Below, piece after piece: positions 20,335-34,624 of a stretch of 64,000 bases of DNA (its first letter is position 1; every line of letters begins with the position of its first letter). This stretch comes from an uncultured Chloroflexia bacterium. GTDB lineage: Bacteria > Chloroflexota > Limnocylindria > Limnocylindrales > CSP1-4. The DNA lies in contig CAWFXA010000002.1 in NCBI GenBank assembly GCA_963819655.1, positions 192,001 through 256,000 on the forward strand. The letters run 5' to 3'. Made by a program: the position numbers and the translations under genes. The notes under the pieces are model-generated. The model made no database searches and was not told where the DNA came from. It saw only the letters and a program-made list of their open reading frames with translations.

Positions 20335-21095
20335 AGGACGCCCAGCTCGCGCATCAGCTCGACGACGCGTGGCGCCGCCTCCGGGCCGTTGCCCAGGATC
20401 TCGACGTGCTGCTCCTGCTCGACGGGAACCTGCAGGCGGTCGAGGGTCGGTCCGCCCGGGCGTCGCTCCGGCACGATCCGCTCGATCTCCTTGCGCTTCG
20501 CGCGGAGCCGGCCCGGCACCGACGGATAGCGCGGCAGGTTGATCCCCTCGCGAACAGCGACGACGGCGGGGAGCGGCAGCTCATAGACGTCGGCGCCGCC
20601 CGGGACCTGGCGGCGCGCGGTCGCCACCCCGTCGCGCACCTCGAGCGCCTTGATGCCGGTCACGATGGGCCGGTCCAGCGCGACCGCGACGCGGATCGCC
20701 ACCTGGTAGCCGCCCGAGTCGGCCGACTCGTTGCCGGCGAGGATCAGGTCGAACGGCCCGTCCGCCTCTTCGAGCCCCTTCACGGCATCGGTGATCGCGC
20801 CGGCCGTGGCCACCGGGTCCCAGTCGGACCCGTCGGTCTCGAGATGGACGGCGCGTTCGATTCCGATCGCGAGCGCATCGCGCAGCTGGTCCGCTGCCTC
20901 GGCCGGGCCGAGCGTCAGCACGACCGATTCGCCACCGTTCGCATCGATCAGCCGGACGGCCTCCTCGACCGCACACTCCTCGTGCGGGCTGACGACGAAG
21001 CCGAGGTAGCGCGTATCGATCGACCGGGCGTCATCGGCGAGGACGATCCGGCCGCCGGTGGCCGGAACGCGCTTGACGAGGACGAGGATGCGCAC
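20331..21095 (-). CDS. etfB: Electron transfer flavoprotein beta subunit
   Basis: VRILVLVKRVP, AVEEAVRL, DLILAGNESADS, INLPRYPS. Confidence 0.92.
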   Translation of the reverse strand: MRILVLVKRVPATGGRIVLADDARSIDTRYLGFVVSPHEECAVEEAVRLIDANGGESVVLTLGPAEAADQLRDALAIGIERAVHLETDGSDWDPVATAGAITDAVKGLEEADGPFDLILAGNESADSGGYQVAIRVAVALDRPIVTGIKALEVRDGVATARRQVPGGADVYELPLPAVVAVREGINLPRYPSVPGRLRAKRKEIERIVPERRPGGPTLDRLQVPVEQEQHVEILGNGPEAAPRVVELMRELGVL

Positions 21096-21103
21096 GCCTG
21101 CGG

Positions 21104-23629
21104 TCAGCTCCGGATCCGCTCGTTGTCCGGGTCGAATAACGGGGTGCTGCCGGCCACCGCGACGGTGACCGGATAGCGCTCCCCGAAGTACTCGACGAGG
21201 AGCTTGGTGCCTTCGACGGCCTGCTCCGGCGGCAGGAAGGACATCAGCAGATGCTTGCCCACCGAAGGCCCGGACCCGGCGCTCGTGACGTACGACCGCC
21301 GGCCCTTGGCGTCGACCAGCGGGCTGCCGTCCTCGGCGAGGATCGGCTCCCGGCCGAGCATGTAGCGCTTCACGCCGCTCTTCGACGTGGGGTCGTCGAC
21401 GGTCAGCGTGCACAGGACGGCGGCCGGTGCCGCGTCGCGCTGACGGAGGTATGCCTCGCGGCCGACGAAGTCGTGATCCTTGACCGTCGGTCGCGCCATG
21501 CCGGCTTCGACGAGGTCGAATTCGAGCTCGAGCTCGGCACCGTGCGCGCGATAGCCCTTCTCGAGGCGCGACGTGACCGCATACGTGCCGATTCCGACCG
21601 GCGCGAGACCGTGCGGCCGCCCGGCCCGCCAGATGGCGTCCCAGACGCGCAGACCCTGCTCGATCGGGACGTAGATCTCCCAGCCCAGCTCGCCCACGTA
21701 GCTGATGCGCGAGGCGAGCGTCCGCACGCCGTCGATCTCCACGGTCTTCGAGGTCAGGAACGGGAAGCCCATGTGGCTGATGTCGGCGCTGCCGTCGGCC
21801 GCCGAACCGAGGATGTCCCTCGCACGCGGACCCCAGAGACCGAAAGTCGTGAACGCGTTCGTCAGGTCGTGGAGCTGGGCCGAACCGTCGGCCGGCATCG
21901 CGTCCCGGAAGATCTTCCTGTCGCGCATCCCCATGCCGCCGCCGGTGACGACCCGAAAGCGATCGTGGGCCAGCCGCATGATCGTGAGGTCGGCCAGGAT
22001 CCCGCCGGCGCTGTTCAGGAGCGGCGTGTAGACGGTCCGACCGGGCGCGACGTCGACCCGATTGACGGCGAGGCGTTCCAGCGCCGCGAGGGCCCCGGGG
22101 CCGGTCACGTCGAAGATCGCGAATGCCGACAGGTCGACGAGACCGGCACGGTCGCGCATGGCGAGGTGCTCGGCGTTGATGATCGGCGACCACCAGCGCG
22201 ATTCCCATTCGGCCTCGCGAGGCATGACCCGATCGCCGTATTCGCCGAGGAGCGACTCGTTCGTGCCGTACCAGTACGGCCGCTCCCAGCCCGCCGCCTC
22301 GAAGAACTCGGCACCGAGCTCGACGTGGCGGTCGTAGGCCGGCGACAGCCGGATCGGCCGGTTCGACGCCCATTGCTCCATCGGATGGACGATGCCGTAG
22401 GTCTTGTTGAACCCCTCGCTGGCCCGAGCCGCGATGTGCTGAGCGGTCTTGTGGTGGTCATAGAAGCGGGCGATGTCCGATCCGTGCGGGTCGATCTCCG
22501 GCTCGCCGGTGGTCATCCACTCGGCGATCGCCTTGGCGATGCCCGGCGCCTCCTTGATCCAGATCGCAGCCGCCGACCAGAGCCCCTTCACCTCGGGGGT
22601 CTCGCCGATGATGGGGTTGCCGTCGGGCGTCAGCGACAGGAGGCCGTTGATCGCCAGCTTCACCCCGACCGACTCGTCACCGACGATCTCGGGGAAGAGC
22701 TCGAGGGCATCCTCGAGCTGCGGGTCGAAGTCCTCCTGCGTGAACGGCAGCATCGTCGGCGACAGGGCCGACGCCTCGATCGACGGGATGTCGTCGGCGG
22801 CCATGAGGATCGCGCGGTGGGCGTACGAGCCGACCTCGAAGCCGGTGCCGTGTTGACGCTCATACATGTTGGTGTCCATGTCTCGGACGATCGGGAAGCC
22901 GACCTCCTTGGTCGTGTGCTCGAACTGCGGCACCGGGCCGATGTCGATCATCTGGTGTACCGCCGGCGTCAGCGGGATCGACGCCCCGGCCATCCGCGCG
23001 ATGCGCGGGCTCCAGACACCGCAGGCGACGACCACGGTGTCGGCGGCGATGTCGCCCTGATCGGTGCGCACGCCGCGGACGTGGCCGTCGACGACGTCGA
23101 CGCCCGTGACCTCGACGCCTGCGGCGACCGTGAGGGCACCCATGGCCTGGGCCTTCTGGCGCATGAGCGTGCCGGCCTGGAGCGAGTCGACGATCCCGAC
23201 GCCCGGCGTGTAGAAGCCGCCGAGGATCACCGAGTCCTCGATGAACGGGACCATCTCCTTGACCTCGGCCGGCGTGAGCAACCGGGACCCCTCGATCCCC
23301 CACGAGGTCGATGCCGTCATCCGCCGCTTGAGCTCCTCCATGCGCTCGGGCGTGCGAGCGACCTCGATCCCGCCGGTCTCGTCATAGACGCCGAGCTCGC
23401 GATACTGGCGGGCGCTGTCGACCGTGAACGCGGTCATCTCCTTCGAGTGGTCCGTCAGGAAGATGAAGTTCGAGGCATGACCGGTGGACCCGCCGGGACT
23501 CGGCAGCGTGCCCTTGTCGAGCAGCACGATGTCGCGCCAGCCCTGCTCCGCAAGGTGGTACGCCATGCTGTTGCCGACGATGCCCGCGCCGATGACGACG
23601 ACGTCCGCCCGCGCCGGGAGCGCGCTCAT
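21104..23629 (-). CDS. GcvT-family FAD oxidoreductase (dimethylglycine/sarcosine dehydrogenase-like)
   Basis: [46 protein letters not shown]; co-transcribed with etfBA. Confidence 0.9.
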   Translation of the reverse strand: MSALPARADVVVIGAGIVGNSMAYHLAEQGWRDIVLLDKGTLPSPGGSTGHASNFIFLTDHSKEMTAFTVDSARQYRELGVYDETGGIEVARTPERMEELKRRMTASTSWGIEGSRLLTPAEVKEMVPFIEDSVILGGFYTPGVGIVDSLQAGTLMRQKAQAMGALTVAAGVEVTGVDVVDGHVRGVRTDQGDIAADTVVVACGVWSPRIARMAGASIPLTPAVHQMIDIGPVPQFEHTTKEVGFPIVRDMDTNMYERQHGTGFEVGSYAHRAILMAADDIPSIEASALSPTMLPFTQEDFDPQLEDALELFPEIVGDESVGVKLAINGLLSLTPDGNPIIGETPEVKGLWSAAAIWIKEAPGIAKAIAEWMTTGEPEIDPHGSDIARFYDHHKTAQHIAARASEGFNKTYGIVHPMEQWASNRPIRLSPAYDRHVELGAEFFEAAGWERPYWYGTNESLLGEYGDRVMPREAEWESRWWSPIINAEHLAMRDRAGLVDLSAFAIFDVTGPGALAALERLAVNRVDVAPGRTVYTPLLNSAGGILADLTIMRLAHDRFRVVTGGGMGMRDRKIFRDAMPADGSAQLHDLTNAFTTFGLWGPRARDILGSAADGSADISHMGFPFLTSKTVEIDGVRTLASRISYVGELGWEIYVPIEQGLRVWDAIWRAGRPHGLAPVGIGTYAVTSRLEKGYRAHGAELELEFDLVEAGMARPTVKDHDFVGREAYLRQRDAAPAAVLCTLTVDDPTSKSGVKRYMLGREPILAEDGSPLVDAKGRRSYVTSAGSGPSVGKHLLMSFLPPEQAVEGTKLLVEYFGERYPVTVAVAGSTPLFDPDNERIRS

Positions 23630-23707
23630 GCCGACCCTCCTCCTCCGTCTGCGTCCGTGTGCTGGAGGAGGATACCCGGCCACCGACTCGACACGCGGCA
23701 CCGACCC

Positions 23708-23736
23708 TTGACCCGCGTCCGAAGCGGTCGCATCCT
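23708..23736 (+). promoter_or_regulatory. Putative sigma70 promoter of the betB-proU operon
   Basis: TTGACC-N17-CATCCT upstream of the betB start. Confidence 0.45.
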
Positions 23737-23771
23737 CGCCGCTCCGTCAAGTCGGCGTACCTGAGGGGACC

Positions 23772-25241
23772 GTGCCGAGCCTGTTCATCGATGGGGAGTG
23801 GGTCGCGTCGGGCGACGGGACGTGCAGCTCGGTCGTCAACCCGAGCGACGCCTCGATCGTGACTGAGGTCGACGTCGCGACCGACGACCAGGTGCAGGAG
23901 GCGATCGCGGCGGCTCGCCGCGCCTTCGACCGGACCGATTGGCCGCGGACGCCGACCGCAGTGCGCACCGCGCTGCTCGACCGGGTCGCCGACCTGTTGG
24001 AACGGAATGCCGAGGAGTTGGCACGCGAGGAGACCCTCAATACCGGCAAGGCGATGCGCGAGAGCCGTGCCGATATCGCGGACGTTACGCGGGTCTTCCG
24101 TTACTACGCGGAGCTCGCCGACAAGGAGGCGGGCCGGATCGTCGACACGGGTGAGCCGGACGCCGTGAGCCGGATCGTCCACGAGCCGATCGGGGTGTGC
24201 GGGCTGATCGGACCGTGGAACTACCCGCTCCTGCAGCTGTCGTGGAAGATCGCGCCGGCGCTCGCGGCCGGGTGCACGGCCGTCATGAAGCCCGCCCACG
24301 TGACGCCGCTGACGGCGATCCACCTGACTCGCCTCCTCGAGGAGGCTGGCACGCCGCGAGGCGTGGTCAACCTCGTCCTCGGGCCGGGCGAACGAGTCGG
24401 GCAGGCACTCGCCGATTCGCCCGAGGTCGACCTGGTCTCACTGACCGGTGGCATCGAGGCCGGGCGGGCGCTGATGCGCGGTGCCGCGGTGAACGTCAAG
24501 CGCGTCGCGCTCGAGCTCGGTGGCAAGAGCCCGAACATCGTGTTCGCCGACGCAGATCTCGAGACGGCAGTCGACAACGCATTGACTGCGGCGTTCGTCC
24601 ACTCGGGCCAGGTGTGCTCGGCTGGCTGCCGGGCTATCGTCGAGGCGACCATCCACGACGATTTCGTGGCCGCGCTGGGCGAGCGCGCCGAGCGGATTCG
24701 GCTCGGGCATGGCCTCGACGACCGGACCGAGGCCGGTGCCCTCATCTCCGCCGAGCATCGGGCCAAGGTCGAGGCGCATGTCGCGGCCGCGGTGGCGGCG
24801 GGGGCACGGCTTGTGGCCGGGGGCCGACGACCGGACGAGCCCGAGCTGCAGGCCGGCTTCTTCTACCGACCGACGGTCTTCGCCGATGTCCGGCCCGACA
24901 TGCGGATCGTGCGCGAGGAGGTGTTCGGCCCGGTCATGACGGTCGAGCGGTTCTCGACCGAGGACGAGGCGATCGCGCTCGCCAACGCCACCGACTACGG
25001 CCTGGCCGGCGCGGTCTGGACAGCCGACGCCTCACGAGCGCAGCGGGTCGCCGGTCGGCTGCGGGCGGGGACGGTCTGGATCAACGACTACAACCGCTAC
25101 GTGCCGCAGGCGGAGTGGGGCGGTTTCAAGCGGTCAGGGATCGGCCGGGAGCTTGGCCTCAGCGGTCTCGACGAGTACCGTGAGGCGAAGCACATCTGGC
25201 AGAACACCGCGCCTGGTCCCACTGGCTGGTTCGGAGGGTGA
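23772..25241 (+). CDS. betB: Aldehyde dehydrogenase, probably betaine-aldehyde dehydrogenase
   Basis: [40 protein letters not shown]; betaine transporter context. Confidence 0.82.
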   Translation: MPSLFIDGEWVASGDGTCSSVVNPSDASIVTEVDVATDDQVQEAIAAARRAFDRTDWPRTPTAVRTALLDRVADLLERNAEELAREETLNTGKAMRESRADIADVTRVFRYYAELADKEAGRIVDTGEPDAVSRIVHEPIGVCGLIGPWNYPLLQLSWKIAPALAAGCTAVMKPAHVTPLTAIHLTRLLEEAGTPRGVVNLVLGPGERVGQALADSPEVDLVSLTGGIEAGRALMRGAAVNVKRVALELGGKSPNIVFADADLETAVDNALTAAFVHSGQVCSAGCRAIVEATIHDDFVAALGERAERIRLGHGLDDRTEAGALISAEHRAKVEAHVAAAVAAGARLVAGGRRPDEPELQAGFFYRPTVFADVRPDMRIVREEVFGPVMTVERFSTEDEAIALANATDYGLAGAVWTADASRAQRVAGRLRAGTVWINDYNRYVPQAEWGGFKRSGIGRELGLSGLDEYREAKHIWQNTAPGPTGWFGG

Positions 25242-25245
25242 CTGC

Positions 25246-26352
25246 GTGACCGCGACGACGGAGCCGGCGACCGGCACACCCGTGAGCGAGGGCGACTCGT
25301 CGAAGCCGACGCTGGCCGTCCGGAACCTGTGGAAGATCTTCGGCCAGGCCGAGCACAAGGTCCTCGGGACCCCGGACGCGGCCCTCTCGCGGGACGAGCT
25401 GCGCCGGAAGACCGGTGCCACCATCGGTCTGCGCGATGTGTCGTTCGACGTCCGGCCTGGCGAGGTGTGCGTCGTGATGGGCCTGTCCGGCAGCGGCAAG
25501 TCCACGCTCGTGCGCTGCATGACCCGCCTCATCGAGCCGACCGCCGGCGAGGTCCTGCTCGATGGCGAAGACATCCTCGCCGCCAGCCAGGAGAAGCTGC
25601 GGGAGCTCCGCCGGCGTCGGTTCAGCATGGTCTTCCAGCACTTCGGCCTGCTCCCGCACCGGAGAGTCATCGAGAACGTCGCCTTTGGCCTGGAGATCCG
25701 CGGTGAGCCCCGCGCGGCGCGGGAGGAGCGCGCGCGAGCCATCATCGACCTGGTCGGATTGGAGGGTCACGCCGACAGCTACCCGGATCAGCTGTCCGGT
25801 GGCATGCAGCAACGCGTCGGTCTCGCCCGGGCCTTGGCCGTCGATCCCGAGGTCATGTTCCTCGACGAGCCGTTCAGCGCCCTCGACCCGCTGATCCGGC
25901 GCGACATGCAGAACGAAGTCCTGCGCCTCCACCACGAGGTCGGCAAGACCATGGTGTTCATCACGCATGACCTCGCCGAGGCGCTCAAGCTCGGCGACCA
26001 CATCGTGATCATGCGCGACGGCGGCGTCGTCCAGATCGGTCGCCCGGAGGAAGTCGTCGGCGCGCCGGCCGACGACTATGTCGCCGACTTCGTCAGCGAC
26101 GTCCCCAAGAGCCACGTGCTGACCCTCCGCTGGATCATGCGGCCCGTCGAGCCGGGCGATCCGACGGACGGACCGGAATTCGCAGCGTCGGCCGTCATCA
26201 ACACCTGTCTCGAGACCGCGGCCTCGACCGACCGACCGATCCGGGTCGTGGAGGACGGCCGATTGGTCGGGATGGTCGACCGGGCCCGCATCCTCGGCGC
26301 CGTCGCCGATACGGTCGGTGGACGGCTCATCGACACGATGGCGGGCCGGTGA
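25246..26352 (+). CDS. proV: Glycine betaine/proline ABC transporter ATPase
   Basis: [40 protein letters not shown]. Confidence 0.9.
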   Translation: MTATTEPATGTPVSEGDSSKPTLAVRNLWKIFGQAEHKVLGTPDAALSRDELRRKTGATIGLRDVSFDVRPGEVCVVMGLSGSGKSTLVRCMTRLIEPTAGEVLLDGEDILAASQEKLRELRRRRFSMVFQHFGLLPHRRVIENVAFGLEIRGEPRAAREERARAIIDLVGLEGHADSYPDQLSGGMQQRVGLARALAVDPEVMFLDEPFSALDPLIRRDMQNEVLRLHHEVGKTMVFITHDLAEALKLGDHIVIMRDGGVVQIGRPEEVVGAPADDYVADFVSDVPKSHVLTLRWIMRPVEPGDPTDGPEFAASAVINTCLETAASTDRPIRVVEDGRLVGMVDRARILGAVADTVGGRLIDTMAGR

Positions 26353-28289
26353 CGGCGCTCTCGGTCCCGGCGATCCGGCGAGCCGAGACGGCCATCCCGA
26401 AGTGGGGCTGGTTCCTGGTGATCATGGTCGTCGCGGCCATCCTCTATGTGCTGTTCGCCGGCACCGCTGTCCAGCCCCACGACAACGAGGCACCGCTGTT
26501 CGTGGCGCTCAATGGGGTACGCGACTGGGTCCGGGATAATCGGGACAACCCGATCTACTTCATCTTCTTCGTGATCCCGCGGACGATCGTGGACATCCTG
26601 CTCGAGTCGTTGACCGGGGCGTTACATGCCATCGGTTGGCCCGCGCTCGTCGCGATCGCGGGCGTCCTCGGCTACCTCGCGGACGGCCTCCGGCGCGCCA
26701 TCCTGACAGCGCTCGGGTTCGTGGCACTCGGCCTGCTGGGCCTGTGGACGTCGAGCGTCGACACCCTGGGGGCGATGGTCGCCGCGGTGTCGATCTCGAT
26801 CGTGATCGGCGTCCCGCTCGGCATCCTCGTCGCCCAGAACGCGCGGGCAAGGCGGATCGTGACACCGATCCTCGACGTGATGCAGATCTTGCCGACATTC
26901 GCGTACCTGGCCCCGTTCGTGCTGTTCTTCGGGATCGGACCCGCGGCTGCAGCGATCGTCACGGTCATCTACGCCATGCCGGCGGCGATCCGGATCACGG
27001 CGCTGGGGATCCGCGGTGTTCCCGCGAACACCGTCGAGGCGGGCCGATCCCTGGGAGCGACGGGTCGCCAGCTGCTGGCAAAGGTGAAGCTGCCGCTGGC
27101 CCGAAAGGAGCTCGGGCTGGCGCTCAACCAGACCCTGATGCTGGCCCTGTCGATGATCGTGATCACGGCACTCATCAACGCGCCGGGCCTGGGGCAGGAC
27201 ACGCTTACGGCCCTGATCCGCAATGACGTGGGGGCGATGTTCGATGCCGGCATCGCCATCGTCATCCTGGCCATCGCGCTGGATCGCCTGACCGAAGCGT
27301 TCAGCCTGCGCCTCGATCCCCACAGGCGTGCCTTGGCCGGGATAAGTGCGACCGATCGCCGGTGGCTCCGGGTCGGCGTCGTCGTCACCGCGGCCCTCGT
27401 GGTGGTCGGCCTCGTCGTCCCGTTCGCGCAGGAGTTCCCCGACGCGATCACGATCTCGTTCCGCGAGCCCGTCAATGCTGTCGTCGATTGGCTGCGCAGC
27501 GACGTCGCGTGGCTGACCAGCGGGTTCAAGGACATCGTCACCTACGGATTGCTCAACCCACTACAGGAAGTCCTCACGCAGGCGCCGTTCTGGCTCGTCA
27601 TCGGGGTCGTCGTCGCCATCACCCTCCTGATGAGTGGCGTGCGCGCGGCCGTCGTCGCCGGGCTCTCGCTGGTCGCGATCCTCGCCATGGGGTTGTGGCA
27701 GCACTCGATGGAGACGTTGATGCAGGTGCTGGTCGCGACGGCCGCCACCTTCCTCATCGGACTGGCCATCGGGATCGCCTCCGCGCGCAGCGATCGTGTC
27801 GCTCGCGTCCTCCGTCCGGTCCTCGACACGGCGCAGACGCTGCCTGCATTCGTGTATCTGTTGCCGGCCCTGATCCTGTTCGAGGCCTCTCGCATGACGG
27901 CGATCTTCGCGGCGGTGATCTTCGCCCTGCCGCCGGTCATCCGGCTCGTCGACGTCGGCATCCGGGCTGTGCCCGCGACGATCATCGAGTCGGCGACATC
28001 GTCTGGCATCAACAGCCGCCAGATGCTCACCAAGGTGCAGCTCCCCATCGCCCGGCCAGCCATCATCCTGGCCGCCAACCAGGCCGTCATCATCGTGCTC
28101 TCGATGGTCGTCGTCGGGGGTCTCGTCGGTGGCGGCGCACTCGGCTACGACGTCGTGGCCGGGTTCTCGCAGACCCGCCTGTTCGGATTGGGGCTCGCGG
28201 CAGGCTTCGCCCTGGTCTTCCTCGGCATCATGCTGGACCGGATGACCCAGGGCGCCGCGGGTCGGGTGTCGCCGTTGCAGCGGGGGTGA
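26349..28289 (+). CDS. proW: Fused double-domain glycine betaine ABC permease
   Basis: Two permease repeats: [15 protein letters not shown] and [15 protein letters not shown]. Confidence 0.88.
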   Translation: MTALSVPAIRRAETAIPKWGWFLVIMVVAAILYVLFAGTAVQPHDNEAPLFVALNGVRDWVRDNRDNPIYFIFFVIPRTIVDILLESLTGALHAIGWPALVAIAGVLGYLADGLRRAILTALGFVALGLLGLWTSSVDTLGAMVAAVSISIVIGVPLGILVAQNARARRIVTPILDVMQILPTFAYLAPFVLFFGIGPAAAAIVTVIYAMPAAIRITALGIRGVPANTVEAGRSLGATGRQLLAKVKLPLARKELGLALNQTLMLALSMIVITALINAPGLGQDTLTALIRNDVGAMFDAGIAIVILAIALDRLTEAFSLRLDPHRRALAGISATDRRWLRVGVVVTAALVVVGLVVPFAQEFPDAITISFREPVNAVVDWLRSDVAWLTSGFKDIVTYGLLNPLQEVLTQAPFWLVIGVVVAITLLMSGVRAAVVAGLSLVAILAMGLWQHSMETLMQVLVATAATFLIGLAIGIASARSDRVARVLRPVLDTAQTLPAFVYLLPALILFEASRMTAIFAAVIFALPPVIRLVDVGIRAVPATIIESATSSGINSRQMLTKVQLPIARPAIILAANQAVIIVLSMVVVGGLVGGGALGYDVVAGFSQTRLFGLGLAAGFALVFLGIMLDRMTQGAAGRVSPLQRG

Positions 28290-28382
28290 TCAAGACAGCC
28301 CGGGGGTTTCCCCGACCGCGTTCGTCGCGGATAATCGCCGGACCGGCCGGGGCACCGGTCGTCAGAGGAGGAGCCGAACAAG

Positions 28383-29324
28383 ATGGGTGTGACAAGGCGC
28401 GCTCGCGCGCTCATCGCAGCGACCGGCATCGCGCTGGTCGTCGCCGCGTGCAGTGGCGGTGGAGGCGCGACCAGTGAGGTCGTCGACATCGCCGTCAATC
28501 CGTGGGTGGGTTACGAGGCCAACGCCGGCGTCGTAGGCAACCTGCTGGAGAAGCAGCTCGGCTTCAAGGTCGAGTACAAGGATCTCGCCGAGCAAGTCAG
28601 CTGGGAGGGCTTCGAGTCCGGCGAGGTGGACGCCATCGTCGAGAACTGGGGTCATGCCGACCTGATCAAGACCTACGTGACCGACAAAGGCGTGGCCGTC
28701 GCCGCGGGGAGCACCGGGGTCGACGGCATCATCGGCTGGTTCGTGCCGCCGTGGATGGCGGAGCAGTACCCGGATATCACCGACTACACGAAGCTCAACG
28801 GCTACGCGGACATGTTCAAGACCTCCGAGTCCGGTGACAAGGGCCAGTTCCTGGCCGGCGACCCGTCGTTCGTGACGAACGACCAGGGGATCATCAACGG
28901 GCTCAAGCTGGACTTCCAGGTCGTCTATGCGGGCAGCGAGGCCGCCCTCATCGAGGCGTTCCGCAAGGCCGAAGCGGACAAGACCCCGCTGCTCGGGTAT
29001 TTCTACTCGCCGCAGTGGTTCCTCAACGAGGTCCCACTGGTCAAGATCAACCTCCCCGAGTGGACCGAGGGATGCGACGCGAACGCCGAGAACATCACGT
29101 GCGACTACGCGCCGTACACGCCGCTCGACAAGTACATCAGCAAGAACCTCGAGACGAAGGCGCCGCGGGCGGCCCAGTTCATCAAGAACTTCCAATGGAC
29201 CGCCGAGCACCAGAACACGGTGGCGAACTACATCACCAACGAGAACATGGATCGCGTCAAGGCGGCCGAAAAGTGGGTCGCTGAGAACGAGGCGGTCTGG
29301 AAGCCCTGGATCCCGGCCTCCTGA
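28383..29324 (+). CDS. proX: Glycine betaine ABC substrate-binding lipoprotein
   Basis: Lipobox VAAC; NPWVGY, ENW, YFYSPQW. Confidence 0.85.
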   Translation: MGVTRRARALIAATGIALVVAACSGGGGATSEVVDIAVNPWVGYEANAGVVGNLLEKQLGFKVEYKDLAEQVSWEGFESGEVDAIVENWGHADLIKTYVTDKGVAVAAGSTGVDGIIGWFVPPWMAEQYPDITDYTKLNGYADMFKTSESGDKGQFLAGDPSFVTNDQGIINGLKLDFQVVYAGSEAALIEAFRKAEADKTPLLGYFYSPQWFLNEVPLVKINLPEWTEGCDANAENITCDYAPYTPLDKYISKNLETKAPRAAQFIKNFQWTAEHQNTVANYITNENMDRVKAAEKWVAENEAVWKPWIPAS

Positions 29325-29345
29325 GCCGACTCTAGCGAAAGAGCG

Positions 29346-29377
29346 GATGGCGGCGCGGCCGATGGCCCGCCGCCATC
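29346..29377 (+). terminator. Stem-loop after the substrate-binding gene (terminator or mRNA stabiliser)
   Basis: GATGGCGGCG pairs with CGCCGCCATC; no U tract. Confidence 0.45.
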
Positions 29378-29409
29378 GTCATGTCTCGGGCCTGTAACGA
29401 GGACCGCCC

Positions 29410-32619
<3,210 letters not shown>

Positions 32620-32689
32620 GCCAGCGGACCGGGTCGGACGCCCACTTGATCACTGCGCCGCGTCGTCTGACGGCTCGCGGAACATGGGA

Positions 32690-32718
32690 AGACCCCCGGC
32701 CTCGCGGCACGGGGGTCT
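32690..32718. terminator. Hairpin between convergent genes
   Basis: AGACCCCCG pairs with CGGGGGTCT. Confidence 0.5.
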
Positions 32719-32745
32719 CTCGCTTTCGGGAGGGCGACGCGACCG

Positions 32746-33501
32746 TCAGTCGCGGGCGCCGAACAGGCGAAGCAGGAACAGGAACAGGTTGACGAAATCG
32801 AGGTAGAGATGGAGGGCGCCGAGCACGGCTGCCTTTTCCACCGACCCGGTGTAGAGCGCCAGGTCGCCGTTCTGGATGCGCTGCACGTCGTAGGCGGTGA
32901 GAGCCGTGAAGATCACCACGCCGATGATCGAGATGACCCAGGACACGGTGTCGTTGAGCAGGAAGATGTTGATGACGCTCGCGACGAGCAGGCCGATGAC
33001 GCCCATGAACAGCAGGCCGCCGAGGCGGGCCAGCGAACGCTTCGTCACGTGGCCGTAGATCGCCGCGGCCCCGAACATAGCCGATGCCGAGAGGAACGCG
33101 GTCGCGACGGACCCGGCCGTGTAGAACGACACGATCAGCCCGATCGTCAGGCCGAGCGACGCCGCGTAGACGAAGAACGCGCCGAGCGCGGCGGTCGCGC
33201 TGATCCGGCGGATACCGAGCGATATCCCCATCGCCAGGATGAACTGGCCGATGAGCAGGATGAACCAGTAGCTGCCCGCGAACTCCAGCAGCCGGGTGTT
33301 GCTCTGGACGAAGTAGGCGACGCCGGCGGTGACCGCCAGCCCGACGAACATCCACAGGAACGCCTGGGTCAGCAACGCCTGCTGCGTGCGGGCGTCGGGG
33401 ATCGTCCGGGACTCGGACCCGGCAGGCGTCACAAGCGGGCCGGTGGTCGGTGTGGGAGTCGGTGAAAAGGGAGTTGGGTTGGGGGACCGCGGATCACTCA
33501 T
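32746..33501 (-). CDS. Bax inhibitor-1/YccA-family membrane protein
   Basis: Seven hydrophobic segments; TAYDVQRI, ALHLYLDFVNLFL. Confidence 0.92.
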   Translation of the reverse strand: MSDPRSPNPTPFSPTPTPTTGPLVTPAGSESRTIPDARTQQALLTQAFLWMFVGLAVTAGVAYFVQSNTRLLEFAGSYWFILLIGQFILAMGISLGIRRISATAALGAFFVYAASLGLTIGLIVSFYTAGSVATAFLSASAMFGAAAIYGHVTKRSLARLGGLLFMGVIGLLVASVINIFLLNDTVSWVISIIGVVIFTALTAYDVQRIQNGDLALYTGSVEKAAVLGALHLYLDFVNLFLFLLRLFGARD

Positions 33502-33574
33502 GCGGCTCGGTGCTCCTCACTGCAGGAACGGGAAGGGACGAATTGGATCTCGGATGACGGGTCGGAAGGCACGC

Positions 33575-33943
33575 TCACCACATCAGGCCCGCGTCGCGCG
33601 GATCCCAGCGCTCGGCGAGCAGGGTGACCGTGACCTCGTGCTCGACCACGGATTCCACCTGTTCCTTGACCTGGGCGATCATCGACCCGGCGTAGGGGCA
33701 GAACGGCGTGGTGAGGATCATCTTGATCTCGGTCGAGTCGGGACCAAGCAGGATCTGCTTGATGAGAGCGAGCTCGACCACGTTCATGCCGATCTCGGGA
33801 TCGACGACCGCGCGCAGCGCGTCGAGGATCGCGAGCTCGGTGGCACGCCGTTCGGGGTCGAACGCGGGCGCCTCAGCCATGGTCGCGGGCGCTTCCATCG
33901 TGGTCGTGGCGGCGGTGTCGTCAGTCGTCTTTGTGTCGGTCAT
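33575..33943 (-). CDS. DUF59/SufT-like Fe-S assembly protein
   Basis: LRAVVDPEIGMNVVELAL, LTTPFCP. Confidence 0.9.
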   Translation of the reverse strand: MTDTKTTDDTAATTTMEAPATMAEAPAFDPERRATELAILDALRAVVDPEIGMNVVELALIKQILLGPDSTEIKMILTTPFCPYAGSMIAQVKEQVESVVEHEVTVTLLAERWDPRDAGLMW

Positions 33944-34016
33944 CGTGGGAACAGCCTAGCACCGACTCCGAACGAGGCAATCCGGTCCGTTCGTACGTCC
34001 TGTGGCCGTCCCCAGG

Positions 34017-34168
34017 ATCCGCCGATGCGGCCGCAAGCAGGAGATGCACATCTCCCACAGTTGTGCACGATGGACCACCCAGGATGGGTGCGATTCGTCA
34101 TCTGCGCTCGCGATCACGCATAGGTGTGCGAATCCTGCATCTGACGGTTGCCTTGGTGAGCGGCGGAT
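34017..34168. other. Structured intergenic element (candidate ncRNA)
   Basis: Nested helices ATCCGCCG/CGGCGGAT, AGATGCA/TGCATCT, CACCCA/TGGGTG, GATTCG/CGAATC. Confidence 0.35.
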
Positions 34169-34301
34169 TGATCGATCGCGCACGGCTGTCGGCATCGTGT
34201 CGCTCACAGCGACAATGTCGCGCTCAGCGACGTTTTGGCGGACGTCGTCTGGGCTTTCTGCGCGGGCCACCTTGGCCCGGGGCGTCGCGGTGAGTGCCGG
34301 A

Positions 34302-34619
34302 TCAGCCCGTCTTGAGGACGATCCCTGGGAGCCTGTACTGGGACGGCAGACCGGCCGCCTCCGCGTCGCTGTAGCCGGGACCGACCAGCGACCCGTCCGG
34401 TTCGAAGAAATCGGCGTACCGCTCGCGGTGGGTGCTCGCGTAGGTGAACGCCGCCGCCACGCCGACCCGTCGCAGCTCCGGGTGGTCGGTCAGGATGCGG
34501 GTGAGGTCGTAGCCGTTGGCGCGGAGCTCGAGCAGCTGGCGCACCGTGAGCCGCGACCCGTAGCAGAACGGCTCGCCGTTCATCACGAGCGGGTCCTGCT
34601 GGACCCACTTGACGGTCAT
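34302..34619 (-). CDS. DUF433-domain protein
   Basis: DPLVMNGEPFCYGSRLTVRQLLE...ILTDHPEL...AAAFTYA. Confidence 0.8.
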   Translation of the reverse strand: MTVKWVQQDPLVMNGEPFCYGSRLTVRQLLELRANGYDLTRILTDHPELRRVGVAAAFTYASTHRERYADFFEPDGSLVGPGYSDAEAAGLPSQYRLPGIVLKTG

Positions 34620-34624
34620 CTGGC

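Noticed and set aside
21251-23764. Long antisense ORFs (also 2701-4839, 6855-8756, 12845-14755)
   Set aside because: Expected stop-poor shadows of high-GC genes; no protein motifs
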